This document shows, one piece after another, positions 28,166 through 39,004 of a stretch of 64,000 nucleotides of DNA. The notes under the pieces are model-generated. The model saw nothing but the letters and a program-made list of their open reading frames with translations, had not been told where the DNA came from and did no database searches. Source of the DNA: Elusimicrobiota bacterium. Its GTDB lineage: Bacteria > Elusimicrobiota > Elusimicrobia > UBA1565 > UBA9628. Position 1 is the stretch's first letter. Every line of letters begins with the position of its first letter. Both the position numbers and the translations under genes were made by a program. Location: assembly GCA_028868375.1 (NCBI GenBank), contig JAGWUP010000009.1:32538-96537 (forward strand), read 5' to 3'.

Positions 28166-28932
28166 TAGGCCTCCTGGCCGCGGCGCTCGTGGGGATGGAT
28201 CTCCGCGTGGGTCTTGCGGAAATAATCGTCCAGGGACTCGTGAAAAAACAGGGTCCGGTCGACGCAGGCGACGTGCATCGCCTGATGCGCCATCCGCTCG
28301 ATGTCGTGGGTCACCAGGACGACCGTCAAGCGCAGCTCCTCGTTGAGGCGCCTGAGCAGCCGGTAGAATTCGTCCTTGACCGCCTGCTCGACTCCCACCG
28401 TGGGCTCGTCTAGAAACAGGACCTCCGGCTCGCCGGCCAGCGCGCGCGCGATGAAGACCCGCTGCTGCTGGCCGCCGGAGAGATCCCCGATGAGGCGTCC
28501 CCGCTGCGGCAACAGGCCCACCCGCTCGAGCGCCAGCTCGGCCTGGGCCCTGTCCTGCCTGCCCAGGCGCCGCAGCAGGCCCCGCCGCGCGAAGCGCCCC
28601 ATCAATACGACTTCCTCGACCGTGGCGGGAAAATTCTCGTCGAAGCTGGTCGCCTTCTGAGGCACGTAGCCGATCCGAAACCATTGCCGGAAGGCCGAGA
28701 TGTCCTGGCCGAAGAGCCGGACCGCGCCTGAGGAAGGCTTGAGCAGGCCCAGCGTGATCCGCAGCAGGGTCGTTTTTCCAGCCCCGTTGCCGCCGACGAT
28801 GCCGAGATAGTCGCCGCGATGAACCGCCAGGCTGACGTCGCTTAGAATCTCGCGGGCTCCGTAGGAAAAGGACGCGTGCGAGACCTCGATGATGTTGTCG
28901 CGATGATCGACGGCCGCGGCGGCTAGCGGCAT
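28165..28932 (-). CDS. Metal ABC ATPase, ZnuC-like
   Basis: GGNGAGKTT, LSGGQQQR, LFLDEP, His-containing tail. Confidence 0.9.
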   Translation of the reverse strand: MPLAAAAVDHRDNIIEVSHASFSYGAREILSDVSLAVHRGDYLGIVGGNGAGKTTLLRITLGLLKPSSGAVRLFGQDISAFRQWFRIGYVPQKATSFDENFPATVEEVVLMGRFARRGLLRRLGRQDRAQAELALERVGLLPQRGRLIGDLSGGQQQRVFIARALAGEPEVLFLDEPTVGVEQAVKDEFYRLLRRLNEELRLTVVLVTHDIERMAHQAMHVACVDRTLFFHESLDDYFRKTHAEIHPHERRGQEA

Positions 28933-29753
28933 CGCAGGGCCGTCCTGAGGGCGGCGAGGTTGGCCCTCATCCGCGCGAAATAGTCCTTTTGAGCGGGCAG
29001 GGTGGCCTCCAGCGAATCGAGGGACAGCGCCGTCGCTCCGGTCTCGCCGGCCACGGTGCGGGCCAGCTTGGGGGAGACCAGGGGCTCGAAAAAGACGGTC
29101 GTGACGCGGTGCTGCCGCGCGAAATCGACGACTCCGGCCAGGCGCCGAGGGGAGGGCTGGGAATCCGGGGACAGCCCTAAAATCGCGACCTGCCGCAGCC
29201 CGTAGGCCGCGGCGAGGTAGCCGAAGGCGGCATGGGAGACGACGATGTCGCGGCCGGCGCAGCGCGCCAGGCCTCGCCGATAGTCCCCGTCCAAGGCCTC
29301 CAGGCGGGCGTGGAGGAGGCGCTCGTTGGCGGCGAAGAACGGCGCGTCGGCGGCGTCCGCCCCGGCCATGGCCCGCTCGATGTCCGCGGACAGGCGCTCG
29401 GCCAGCCTCGCAGACAGCCAGACATGGGGATCCGGATCGCCGAAGCCGACGCGCGCCGAGCGGGAGCGCCGCGACTTGAGGGACTCGGCGAGGCGCTCTC
29501 CCCACGGTTCCACGACGCCGTCGAAAAGAAACAGCCCGCTGCCCTCGATGCGGGCGACGTCGCGAGCCGTCGGCTCGTAGTCGTGCGGCTCGGCGCCGGC
29601 CGGAGTGACGTTGAACACCGCGGCGCGGCGTCCCCCGATCGAAGAGGCGAAAAACCAGATCGGATAAAAGCTGGCCGCGACCGTCAAGCGGGGCGCGGCG
29701 GCCGCCGGAGCGCCCAAGGCCAGCAGCGCGGCCAGGAGCGCCGAGGGCCTCAT
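28923..29753 (-). CDS. Metal ABC substrate-binding protein, ZnuA-like
   Basis: EPHDYEP, DPHVWL, HAAFGY. Confidence 0.9.
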   Translation of the reverse strand: MRPSALLAALLALGAPAAAAPRLTVAASFYPIWFFASSIGGRRAAVFNVTPAGAEPHDYEPTARDVARIEGSGLFLFDGVVEPWGERLAESLKSRRSRSARVGFGDPDPHVWLSARLAERLSADIERAMAGADAADAPFFAANERLLHARLEALDGDYRRGLARCAGRDIVVSHAAFGYLAAAYGLRQVAILGLSPDSQPSPRRLAGVVDFARQHRVTTVFFEPLVSPKLARTVAGETGATALSLDSLEATLPAQKDYFARMRANLAALRTALRCR

Positions 29754-30364
29754 GGCGCGCGAGCGCCCTTGCCCGCCGCGACCGCCTCGACGTCGATGCG
29801 GATTTGGACCTCGTCGCCGACCATCACCCCGCCGCTCTCCAGGACCTTGTTCCAGACCAAGCCGAAATCCCTGCGGTCGATCTTCGTCGTGGCGGAGGCC
29901 CCCAATCGCTCGTGGCCCCACGGATCCTTGACGGTGCCGCCCACCTCCAGCGCCAGCGCCACCGGCCTGCTCACCCCTCTGATCGTCAGCTCGCCGTAGA
30001 GCGTGCCGGAGCCGTCCTTGCCGAGCGCGGCGCGCCGGCTCTCAAAGACGACCTCGGGAAACTTCTCGACGTCCAGGAAATCCGCCGAGCGCAGATGCTT
30101 GTCGCGCGCCGCCACCCCGGTGTCGATGGAGGCGGCGTCGATCTTCGCCTGAGCCCCCCAAGCCGAGGGCTTGCCCTTCTCGTAGTCGATGCTCCCCGAG
30201 AAGCGGCTAAAATGCCCGTTGACCTCGCTGATCACCAGGTGCTTGACCCGGAAGCTCACCGCGCTGTGCTGCGGATCGATCTCGTAGCGCTCGGCCCGGG
30301 CCAGCCCCGGCAGAAGGGCCAGCGACAAGCCCAGCGGCAGCCAAATTCCAGCCCTGATCCCCAT
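29750..30364 (-). CDS. YceI-family protein
   Basis: IDPQHS.V.F.VKH, RDKHLRSADFLD. Confidence 0.9.
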   Translation of the reverse strand: MGIRAGIWLPLGLSLALLPGLARAERYEIDPQHSAVSFRVKHLVISEVNGHFSRFSGSIDYEKGKPSAWGAQAKIDAASIDTGVAARDKHLRSADFLDVEKFPEVVFESRRAALGKDGSGTLYGELTIRGVSRPVALALEVGGTVKDPWGHERLGASATTKIDRRDFGLVWNKVLESGGVMVGDEVQIRIDVEAVAAGKGARAP

Positions 30365-30462
30365 AAATCCCTTTCTCCTCGGTGCGGCAGGTGGAAGCCT
30401 CCTTAAGCGTAGCAGAAAGGAAGCCGCGTCTTCACCTGCACGCCGCAGCGGCTCTGGTTGGC

Positions 30463-31170
30463 TTATCGGGAGCGCGGACTCAAATGGCGCCGTTGGATGG
30501 CCCGCCAGAGATTGGAGGGCTTGATGCAGAGGTTCTGGCGAGTGATGTTAGGACGGCCCTCGTACTCGTTCTCCAGAAGGCCGATGAAAGCGTCGTCGAA
30601 CTTGAACAAGAAGCGGGAGCCGCCGCTCTCGGCCCTGTAGAGGCCCTTCAAGACCAAACCGGGGACCACGACACCGACGGCTGACTCGCGCGAGGAATAA
30701 AGCGGCTCCATGGCGCCCCCGTCGTAGAGCCTGAGCTCGAAGCCCGGCTCCGACTGCAGGAACAAGCGTGAGGGCCCGTCCCCCGAGCTCGGAGGCTGTA
30801 GCTTGCCCTGGATGTCTCGGCACAGGTCACGCTTGAGGCGCGGGTAGTCGCCGTCGGGGGAAGCGAGGATCGCCCGCAGGGCTTCATCCGGGCTGTCGCT
30901 GCCCAAGCCGGGGAACAGACCCTGCCTGCGCTGGGCCAGGACAAATAGAGAGCGCAACCCCTCTTCCACCCTGGGAACGACCTGCACTCCGGGAGAACAA
31001 AATAAACCCTCCTGCTCCCGCAGCCAGGCTTTATCTTCTAGCGGGCGATGCGCGGAAAGATAGTTGAGCCGGACCCAAATGGCGACTTGGCCTAAGGGAT
31101 CGTCCTGCGCCGGCGCCGGCATGGCCGCCGCGCCGAAGGCCAAGGCGAGCAGGAGAGATGCCGTCTTCAC
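30463..31170 (-). CDS. Hypothetical exported protein
   Basis: Signal peptide after GTG with GAGG RBS. Confidence 0.55.
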   Translation of the reverse strand: MKTASLLLALAFGAAAMPAPAQDDPLGQVAIWVRLNYLSAHRPLEDKAWLREQEGLFCSPGVQVVPRVEEGLRSLFVLAQRRQGLFPGLGSDSPDEALRAILASPDGDYPRLKRDLCRDIQGKLQPPSSGDGPSRLFLQSEPGFELRLYDGGAMEPLYSSRESAVGVVVPGLVLKGLYRAESGGSRFLFKFDDAFIGLLENEYEGRPNITRQNLCIKPSNLWRAIQRRHLSPRSR

Positions 31171-31241
31171 GCCCTCAGTGTAGGGCGTCGGGCCCGCCCC
31201 GTCAAGCGTCCCAAGCGGCGGCAACCTGGTAGAATGGTGGC

Positions 31242-31796
31242 ATGCCGAGCTGGCTGTCCCACTCCTGGAAGGTGCTGACGCTGTTCTTGATCCCGGTCGG
31301 GGGCGGCATCCCCGCCGGGGTGCTGCTGGCGCGCCATTACGCCCTGCCCTGGCCGGCCACGACGGCCCTCTACTGGCTTTCCGACGTCATCCTCGCCTGC
31401 CTCTTCGAGCCCTTGCTTAAGCTCATGGTCGTCGCCGGCCGGCACGTCGCGCTGCTGGGCCGCTTGGCGCAGGGCCTGCGGGAGGCGGTGCGCCGCACGA
31501 CCGCCCTTTATGGAGAAAGCAACGGCCCCCTGGGCCTGATCCTGGTCGCCTTCGGGGTCGATCCGATGACAGGGCGGGCCGCCGCCGCCGCGGCCGGACA
31601 CGGCTTTCTGTCCGGCTGGACCTTGTCGATCACCGGGGACATGCTCTATTTCTTCGTCATCATGGCCTCGACCCTCTGGCTCAGTTCAATCCTGGGAAAC
31701 GGAACCGTGGCGACGACGACGATCTTGGTCGTGATGACGCTCGTTCCCCCTCTCCTCGATCGCTGGCGCCGCCGCCGGCGCCTGGTCAGTAGCTGA
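31242..31796 (+). CDS. Hypothetical membrane protein
   Basis: Several TM segments, IPVGGGIPAGV. Confidence 0.65.
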   Translation: MPSWLSHSWKVLTLFLIPVGGGIPAGVLLARHYALPWPATTALYWLSDVILACLFEPLLKLMVVAGRHVALLGRLAQGLREAVRRTTALYGESNGPLGLILVAFGVDPMTGRAAAAAAGHGFLSGWTLSITGDMLYFFVIMASTLWLSSILGNGTVATTTILVVMTLVPPLLDRWRRRRRLVSS

Positions 31797-32802
31797 ACTT
31801 CCCCAGCTCGACGCGGCCGCGGAAGACCCAGTAGATGACGGCCGTATAGGCCAGCACGAAGGGCATGCCGCAGAGGGCGATCACGGCCATGATGCCCAGG
31901 GTCTTGGCCGAGGAGGAGGCGTTGACGACGGTCAGGCTCCAGTCCGGATTGAGGCTGGAGACGATCAGGTTGGGATAGAGGGCCGCCCCGAAGAGGGCGA
32001 TGAGCGCCGCGATGGACGCCGCCGAGGAGAGGAAGGCCTGGCCGGGGCGCCGCAAAAACAGGGAGCGCGGGATGTTGGCCAAGGCCAGCACGTTGACAGC
32101 CACCGCTCCCCACAGCCAGGGCAGCCGCTGGAAGTTGGCGATGGCGCGCGGCAGGCTCACGAGCGTGACGATGGTCGTAAAAAGGTAGAGCGTCAGGAAA
32201 ATCCCGAAGGCATGCCAGGCCCAGCGGCGCACGCGCCGCTGCAGCTCCCCGCCGGTCTTGAGGTTCAGGTAGATGGCGCCGTGCAGCGTAAAGAGGGAGA
32301 CGTTGAGCGCTCCCACCAGCAGGGCGTAGGGACGCAGGAGGTCCAAAAAACCGCCGGCGAACTCGTGGCCGCGGGCGATCGGGATGCCGAGCATGGAGTC
32401 GCCCACCGCCACGCCGAAGAGCAGCGCCGCCAGAAAGCTCGCCGCCGAGAAGGAGACGTCCCAGGCCCCGCGCCAGAGCGGGGAGGAGCGCTTGCCGCGA
32501 AACTCCATCGACACGGCCCGGAAGATCAGCGCGAAGAGCAGCAGCATGAAGGGCAAATAGAAGGCGGAGAAGGCGGTGGCGTAGGCCTCCGGGAAGGCCG
32601 CGAACAGAGCCCCGCCGAAGGTCACCAGCCACACCTCGTTGCCGTCCCACAACGGGCCGATCGAGTTCATGAACAGGCGGCGCTCCCGATCGTCGCGCGC
32701 GCCCAGATGGAGGATGCCGACGCCCAGGTCGAAGCCGTCGAGGATGGCGTAGCCGGAAAGCAGTATCCCCAGCAGGACGAACCAGAGAGCGCGCAGATCC
32801 AT
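31786..32802 (-). CDS. cydB: Cytochrome bd oxidase subunit II
   Basis: LDGFDLGVG, IGPLWDGNEVWL, FAAFPEAY. Confidence 0.95.
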   Translation of the reverse strand: MDLRALWFVLLGILLSGYAILDGFDLGVGILHLGARDDRERRLFMNSIGPLWDGNEVWLVTFGGALFAAFPEAYATAFSAFYLPFMLLLFALIFRAVSMEFRGKRSSPLWRGAWDVSFSAASFLAALLFGVAVGDSMLGIPIARGHEFAGGFLDLLRPYALLVGALNVSLFTLHGAIYLNLKTGGELQRRVRRWAWHAFGIFLTLYLFTTIVTLVSLPRAIANFQRLPWLWGAVAVNVLALANIPRSLFLRRPGQAFLSSAASIAALIALFGAALYPNLIVSSLNPDWSLTVVNASSSAKTLGIMAVIALCGMPFVLAYTAVIYWVFRGRVELGKFSY

Positions 32803-34217
32803 CAGGGCTCCTCCTTCGCCTCGGTCAGCGAGCCCCCGGCGGGATCGGCGAGCTGGGCGGCCGACTCCAGCCAGCCGCGGGCGGGGACGGCGGCTGGCAG
32901 CTCCTCCGGGCCGCGCCGGATCTTGTCGTCGAGCACGCTCAACCAGACGGCCAAGAGCAGGGCGTAGATGAGCGCGAACAGGGTGATCGACAGCAATACC
33001 TCGGGAGCCGGAACCGAGCGGGAGACGGCGTCGCGCGTGCGCAGCAGGCCGTAGACGATCCAAGGCTGTCGGCCGACCTCCGCCGCGCACCAGCCCAGCT
33101 CGTTGGCCGCCAAGGCCGGCACCACGGAGCCGACCAGCGCCTTGAGCAGCCAGCGCTGCCCGTAGAGGCGGCCGCCGCGCAGCCCCCAAGCCGCCGCGCA
33201 GAACAAGGCGGCCAGCAGGAGCCCGCAGCCCACCATGGAGTGGAAGAGCCAATACGACGCCGCCACCGGCGGGCGGTCCCCCGGAGGGAAGGCGTCCAGG
33301 CCGGTGACCGGGGCGTCGAGGCGCCGATGGACTAGCCAGCTCAGCAGGCCGGGAACGGCAAGCTCTGCGCGGAGCTTTTGCCGCTTGCCGTCCGGAATGC
33401 CGAAGAGCGTCAAGGGGGCGCGGGGCTGGCTGCGGTAGAGCCCCTCGAAGGCGGCCAGCTTGGCCGGCTGCAGGCGCGCGATCAGCCGCGCCTGGACGTC
33501 TCCGGAGAGCGGCAAGAGCAGGGAGGCGCTCGCCCCGAGGAGCACCGAGACCGCCAGCGACTTGCGCGCCAGCGAGGGTCCGCGGCCCTTGAGCAGGTAG
33601 AAGGCCGAGACGCTGGCCACGAAGGCCGCGCCCAGCATCCAGGCTCCCAGGACGGTATGGACGAGGCGCGGAATGCTGGAGGGATTAAAGACCACCGCCC
33701 AGAAGCTTGCGACCTCGGCGCGCAGCACTCCCCCGTGGGACACCAGGACGTAGCCGGCGGGGGTCTGCTGCCAGGAATTGGCGACGATGATCCAGACCGC
33801 CGAGAACAGGGCCCCCAGGGCGACCAGGCAGGTCGAGAGAAAATGCATCCGCGCCGAGACCCGATCCCAGCCGAAGACCAGCACCGCCAGGAAGCCGGAC
33901 TCGAGGAAGAAGGCGAAGATGCCCTCCGCCGCCAGGGCCGAGCCGAAGACGTCGCCGACGAAACGCGAGTAGACCGCCCAATTCGTGCCGAACTGGAACT
34001 CCATCACGATTCCGCTGGCCACGCCCATGGCGAAGTTCACGGCGAAGATCTTGGTCCAGAAGCGCGCCAGGCTCTCCCATTCCTTGTCGCCGGTCCGCAG
34101 GTAGGCGCCTTCCATCAGCACCAGCAGCAGGCCCAGACCGATGGAGAGGGGCGGGAACAGGTAGTGGAACATGATCGTCAGCGCGAACTGCAGCCGCGAC
34201 AGCGTGACGATGCTCAT
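32802..34217 (-). CDS. cydA: Cytochrome bd oxidase subunit I (short Q-loop type)
   Basis: [30 protein letters not shown]. Confidence 0.95.
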   Translation of the reverse strand: MSIVTLSRLQFALTIMFHYLFPPLSIGLGLLLVLMEGAYLRTGDKEWESLARFWTKIFAVNFAMGVASGIVMEFQFGTNWAVYSRFVGDVFGSALAAEGIFAFFLESGFLAVLVFGWDRVSARMHFLSTCLVALGALFSAVWIIVANSWQQTPAGYVLVSHGGVLRAEVASFWAVVFNPSSIPRLVHTVLGAWMLGAAFVASVSAFYLLKGRGPSLARKSLAVSVLLGASASLLLPLSGDVQARLIARLQPAKLAAFEGLYRSQPRAPLTLFGIPDGKRQKLRAELAVPGLLSWLVHRRLDAPVTGLDAFPPGDRPPVAASYWLFHSMVGCGLLLAALFCAAAWGLRGGRLYGQRWLLKALVGSVVPALAANELGWCAAEVGRQPWIVYGLLRTRDAVSRSVPAPEVLLSITLFALIYALLLAVWLSVLDDKIRRGPEELPAAVPARGWLESAAQLADPAGGSLTEAKEEP

Positions 34218-34320
34218 GACCAGGCCCTCCCGGCTCTCATTCTAGCTCTTTGTGCGCGGCAAGCCGCCCCACGCAACGGAGGAGCCGGAATCCTTTTTGT
34301 TGCGGGAGCATCTAAAGGTC

Positions 34321-35691
34321 ATGGCGGTTTTACTGGCGATTTTGTTGGCGGCGTCCTTGCCGCCGGCTCTCTGCGCGGCCCCGGCCGCCCAGCGCTGGAG
34401 CCTGACGCAGGCAGTCGAGGAGGTCCTCTCCGCGAGCCCCGAGCTGGCCCAGGCCAGGGAGCGGCGAGAAGCGGCCGCGGCCGGCCTGGCCCAAGCGAGG
34501 CTGGAGGCCCTGCCGCGCCTGACGGCCCGGGCGCAGGTCGCGCGCGGCGACGACCCGGTCTACGTTTTTTCCTCCCTCTTGCAGCAGCGCCGCTTCGAGG
34601 CCCGGAACTTCGCGCTCGACGCGCTCAACCACCCGGGCGATCTGACCGCGATCCACGGCGCCCTGGAGCTGGGGCTGCCGCTGTTCACCGCCTATGCCTT
34701 GACCACCGAGCGCTTAAAGGCGCGCGCGGGGCTTTCAGCGGCGCGGGCCGCTGGCGAGGCCTCCCTGCAGGCGGAGCGCGCTCAGGCCGTGGAGGCCTAC
34801 CTGCGCATCCTGCTGGCGAGCTCCCTGCTGGCCAACGACAGCAAGCGCGTCGAGGCGGCGAAAACCGAGATCGAAGAGGCTGACCGCCTGCGCGAGCGCG
34901 GGCTGGTGCTGGGCGCGGATTTCTACGCGGCCCGGGCGCTGCTGGCCGGGCTGCGCGCCTCGCAATCGCGCCGGCGAAGCGAGCTGGCCTCGGCTCAGGC
35001 GACGCTGGCTCTATTGGCCGGGCGCGGGGAGGAGGAGGCGATCGAGACGACGGGCCGCCTGGACGGGACGGACTCTCCGGAGGTCTCCCTGCGAAGCTTG
35101 ACGGAGGAGGCGCTGCAAAGACGCGGCGAGCTGCTGCGGGCGCGGGCCGACGAGATTTCGGCCGCCGCCGGCCTGCGGCGCGCGCGCCTAAGCGCCCTGC
35201 CGAGCCTGGAGGCCTTCGCGGCCCTCTCGGCTGACTCCTCCGATCTGTCCTCCAGCGCCTCCAGCCGCCTCGTCGGCCTGCGCGCCTCCCTGCCGCTGGG
35301 CGACCCAAGCTATTTCGAGCGGCGCCGCCGCGCCGCAGCCCAGCTCGGCGCCGCGCGCGCCGACTCCAAGACCCTGGAGCGCTCCATCCGCATAGAGCTT
35401 GCCCAGCGCTACCAGGACTACGAGTCCGCCCGCGCGCAACTCCCCCTGGCGCGCTCGGCCGCCCAGGAGGCGGCCAGCTCGCTGCGGCTTCTGCGCCCCC
35501 TCTATCGCGAGGGCCGAGAGAGCATCCTCGACGTCCTAAAGGGAGAGAGGGCGCTCGAGGAGGCGCGCGCGGCCGCCCTGCAGGCGGCGTTTTCGGCGCA
35601 TCTGGGCTACGCCAGGCTGCGGGCGGCGGCCGGGACCCTCGATGAGGCCGCCGTCGGCGAGATCGCCGCGCGGCTGGGAGAGGCACGATGA
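34321..35691 (+). CDS. TolC-family outer membrane protein
   Basis: Signal peptide and OEP repeats; overlaps the RND start. Confidence 0.8.
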   Translation: MAVLLAILLAASLPPALCAAPAAQRWSLTQAVEEVLSASPELAQARERREAAAAGLAQARLEALPRLTARAQVARGDDPVYVFSSLLQQRRFEARNFALDALNHPGDLTAIHGALELGLPLFTAYALTTERLKARAGLSAARAAGEASLQAERAQAVEAYLRILLASSLLANDSKRVEAAKTEIEEADRLRERGLVLGADFYAARALLAGLRASQSRRRSELASAQATLALLAGRGEEEAIETTGRLDGTDSPEVSLRSLTEEALQRRGELLRARADEISAAAGLRRARLSALPSLEAFAALSADSSDLSSSASSRLVGLRASLPLGDPSYFERRRRAAAQLGAARADSKTLERSIRIELAQRYQDYESARAQLPLARSAAQEAASSLRLLRPLYREGRESILDVLKGERALEEARAAALQAAFSAHLGYARLRAAAGTLDEAAVGEIAARLGEAR

Positions 35692-38600
35692 GCGGCGAGG
35701 GCCGCCGCCTGGGCGCCGCCGGAGCCCTGGCGCGCGCCTTCGTCGACTCCAAGCTCACCTTGCTCTTGGTCCTGGGCTCGCTGCTTCTGGGGCTCTTCGC
35801 CATCCTGCGGCTGCCGCGCGAGGAGGAGCCGCAGATCGACGTCCCCTTCTTCGACATCTTCGTGCCCTTCCCCGGGGCCGGGGCCAAGGAGGTCGAGCGC
35901 CGCGTCGTCGACGTAGGGGAGCGCAAGCTTTGGGAAATCCCGGGCGTCGAGTACGTCTACTCCACCGCCCAGCCGGGCTCGGCGCTCTTCATCGTCCGCT
36001 TCAAGGTCGGAATGGACCCGGACGAGGCGATGACCCGGGTCTACACCAAGGTCTTCTCCAACCTCGACCTGCTGCCCGCGGGGGCGCTGCCTCCCCTCAT
36101 CAAGCCCCGGTCGATCGACGACGTCCCCATCCTGGCGCTGACCCTCTCCGGCCCCGGCCTGGACGGCCTGGCCCTGCGGCGCGCGGCCGCGACTCTGCGC
36201 GAGAAGATCAGCTCGGCGGAAAACGTCTCCGACATAGAGATCATCGGGGGGCGGCGCCGGCAATTCTCCGTGCGCTTCAGTCCTGAGGCCCTGGCGCGCC
36301 GCCGGCTGACCCCCGAGAGGATCGCCGCCATCATCCGCGGCTCCAACGCGCGCCTGTCGGCCGGCAGGATCGACGAGGGGATGCGCTCGCTGGATGTGGA
36401 GACGGACTCTTTCATCCGCACGGCCGATGACCTGCGCCAGGTCGTGCTCGGAGTCTCCGCTGGCCGGCCCATCCGCCTGGGCGAGGTGGCGCAAGTCTTA
36501 GACTCCGTCGACGAGACCCAGCATGAGGTCCTGCTCGACGGGCATCCCGCCGTCACCCTGGCCGTCTCCAAGCGCCGCGGCTCCAACGCCACGACCGTCT
36601 CGCGCGAGGCTCTGGCGCGAGTGGCGCAAGCCCGGCCCGAGCTGCCGCCCCAGCTCAAGATCGCGGTCACGCGCGACTACGGCCGCAGCGCCAAGGAAAA
36701 GTCGGACGAGCTGCTCTTTCACATGGCGCTGGCCACGCTCTCCGTGGCCCTTCTCATCGCCCTGGCCCTGGGCCCGCGCGAGGCCGCCGTCGTCTTGGTG
36801 GCCATCCCGGTCACGCTGAGCCTGACCCTGCTGGTCTACTTCCTGCTGGGCTACACCCTCAACCGCATCACCCTCTTCGCCCTGATATTCTCCATCGGCA
36901 TCCTGGTCGACGACGCCATCGTGGTCGTAGAGAACATCCACCGCCATTTCGCGATGGCAGACGAGCGCCCCCTGTCCGCGCTGGCCGTGGAGGCCGTGGC
37001 CGAGGTGGGAAACCCGACCATCCTCGCCACCTGGGCCGTGATCGCCGCGATCCTGCCCATGGCCTTCGTGGGCGGCCTGATGGGCCCCTACATGCGCCCG
37101 ATCCCCGTGGGGGCCTCCTGCGCGATGCTCTTCTCCCTGGCGGTCGCCTTCGTCGTCTCCCCCTGGGCCTTCACGCGCGTGCTGGCGGTCTGGAAGCCGA
37201 ATCGAGACGGCTGCCGCGGCAAGGAGGGCCGCCTGGACCGGCTCTACCGCCGCGGCATGCGCGCCCTGCTCGAGCGCCCCGGATTGCGCCGCGCCTACTT
37301 CGCGGCGACGGCGCTGCTTCTCATCGGGGCGGGCGCCTTGGTGCTGGCGGGCAAGGTCGTCGTCAAGATGCTTCCCTTCGACAACAAGGACGAGTTCGAG
37401 GTCGTTCTCAATCTGCCGGAGGACGCCAGCTTCGCGGCCACGCGCAAGGCCAGCGCCGAGATCGCGGGCTACCTAAAGACAATCCCGGAGGTCCGGCGCG
37501 TCGTCTCCTACGTCGGCGCCTCCGCGCCCTACAACTTCAACGGCCTGGTGCGGCATTACTTCCTGCGCCGAAACCCCAACCAGGCCGACATCGCCGTCCA
37601 GCTGCTGCCGCGCTCCCGGCGCCGCCGCCAAAGCCACGAGATCGCCCGCGCCGCGCGCGCTCCGCTCTCGGCGATCGCCAGGCGCTACGGCGCCCGGCTG
37701 CAGGTCGCCGAGGTCCCCCCCGGCCCGCCGGTGCTCTCGACCCTGGTGCTGGAGCTCTACGGCCCGAGGCGGCGAGAGCTCGCCCGCAAGGTCCTGGCCC
37801 TGCTTCAATCGGCTCCCGGAATCGTCGATGTAGACACCTACGAGGCCGGCCCCCAGCCGTTGGAGCGATTGCTCGTCGATCGCCAGAAGAGCGCCTTGAA
37901 CGCGATCGCCCCCGCCCGAATCGCCCAGGCGGCGCGGCAGGCCGTCTCGGGCGAGCTGGTGGATCTGGCCCACACCGAGGCGGACAAGGAGCCGGTCGAG
38001 ATCAGGCTGCGCCTGCCGCAGGCCAGGCGCCACGATCTCTCCGCGCTGCTGCGCACCTCCCTGATCTCCCGCTCCGGCTCTCCCCTGTCGATCGGAGCCC
38101 TGACGAGCGCGCGCCGAGCTTTCCAGGACGAACCGATTGACCACAAGAACCTCCGTTCCGTCTCCTACGTGCTGGCCGACGTCTCCGGCCCTCAGGAATC
38201 CCCCATCTACGCCATGCTTAACCTCCAGCCCAAGATCCGCGCCCTGGGGGTCGCGCAATACTTCGCGCGGCAGCCCTCGGACTCGCGGCAGCCGGCGCTC
38301 AAGTGGGACGGGGAATGGCAGATCACCTACGAGGTCTTTAGAGACCTGGGCCTGGCCTTCCTCCTGGCGCTCCTGCTCATCTACGCCCTGGTGGTGGCTT
38401 GGTTTGAGTCCTTCTCGATTCCGCTGGTCATCATGGCTCCCATCCCCCTGACACTGATCGGCATCCTCCCGGCGCATTGGCTGCTGGGGGCCTTCTTCAC
38501 CGCCACCTCGATGATCGGCTTCATCGCTGGGGCGGGCATCGTGGTGCGCAACTCCATTATCCTTGTCGACTTCATCGAATTGCGGCGCCGCCAGGGCGTC

Positions 38601-38822
38601 GGATTGCGCGAGGCTGTCGTCGACGCCGGCGCCGTCCGCTTTCGGCCGATGCTGCTGACCGCCGCGGCGGTGGCGGTGGGCGCCGGGGTGATCCTGTTCG
38701 ACCCCATCTTCCAGGGCCTGGCCATCTCCCTGATCGCCGGGGAAGCCGCCTCGACTCTCTTGTCGCGCACGGCCGTGCCGATCCTCTATTTCCTGCTCAA
38801 GCGCCGCCAGGAGGCCTCATGA
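35688..38822 (+). CDS. RND efflux permease (AcrB/CzcA superfamily)
   Basis: PREEEPQI, GILVDDAIVVVEN, GIVVRNSIILVD, RFRPMLLT. Confidence 0.92.
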   Translation: MSGEGRRLGAAGALARAFVDSKLTLLLVLGSLLLGLFAILRLPREEEPQIDVPFFDIFVPFPGAGAKEVERRVVDVGERKLWEIPGVEYVYSTAQPGSALFIVRFKVGMDPDEAMTRVYTKVFSNLDLLPAGALPPLIKPRSIDDVPILALTLSGPGLDGLALRRAAATLREKISSAENVSDIEIIGGRRRQFSVRFSPEALARRRLTPERIAAIIRGSNARLSAGRIDEGMRSLDVETDSFIRTADDLRQVVLGVSAGRPIRLGEVAQVLDSVDETQHEVLLDGHPAVTLAVSKRRGSNATTVSREALARVAQARPELPPQLKIAVTRDYGRSAKEKSDELLFHMALATLSVALLIALALGPREAAVVLVAIPVTLSLTLLVYFLLGYTLNRITLFALIFSIGILVDDAIVVVENIHRHFAMADERPLSALAVEAVAEVGNPTILATWAVIAAILPMAFVGGLMGPYMRPIPVGASCAMLFSLAVAFVVSPWAFTRVLAVWKPNRDGCRGKEGRLDRLYRRGMRALLERPGLRRAYFAATALLLIGAGALVLAGKVVVKMLPFDNKDEFEVVLNLPEDASFAATRKASAEIAGYLKTIPEVRRVVSYVGASAPYNFNGLVRHYFLRRNPNQADIAVQLLPRSRRRRQSHEIARAARAPLSAIARRYGARLQVAEVPPGPPVLSTLVLELYGPRRRELARKVLALLQSAPGIVDVDTYEAGPQPLERLLVDRQKSALNAIAPARIAQAARQAVSGELVDLAHTEADKEPVEIRLRLPQARRHDLSALLRTSLISRSGSPLSIGALTSARRAFQDEPIDHKNLRSVSYVLADVSGPQESPIYAMLNLQPKIRALGVAQYFARQPSDSRQPALKWDGEWQITYEVFRDLGLAFLLALLLIYALVVAWFESFSIPLVIMAPIPLTLIGILPAHWLLGAFFTATSMIGFIAGAGIVVRNSIILVDFIELRRRQGVGLREAVVDAGAVRFRPMLLTAAAVAVGAGVILFDPIFQGLAISLIAGEAASTLLSRTAVPILYFLLKRRQEAS

Positions 38823-39004
38823 CCATCGAGCACCGCATCCGCTTCATCGCCGGGACCGCGATCCTGGCCAGCCTCGCGCTGGCCCATTGGGTCAGCCCCT
38901 ACTTCCTCTGGCTGACCGCCTTCGTCGGGGCCAATCTGCTGCAGTCCTCCATCACCAAATGGTGCCTGATGGAGGACATCCTGCGCGCCCTGGGCTATCG
39001 TTGA
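38819..39004 (+). CDS. DUF2892/YgaP-like small membrane protein
   Basis: LTAFVGANLLQS...WCLME; ATGA overlap with the RND gene. Confidence 0.8.
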   Translation: MTIEHRIRFIAGTAILASLALAHWVSPYFLWLTAFVGANLLQSSITKWCLMEDILRALGYR

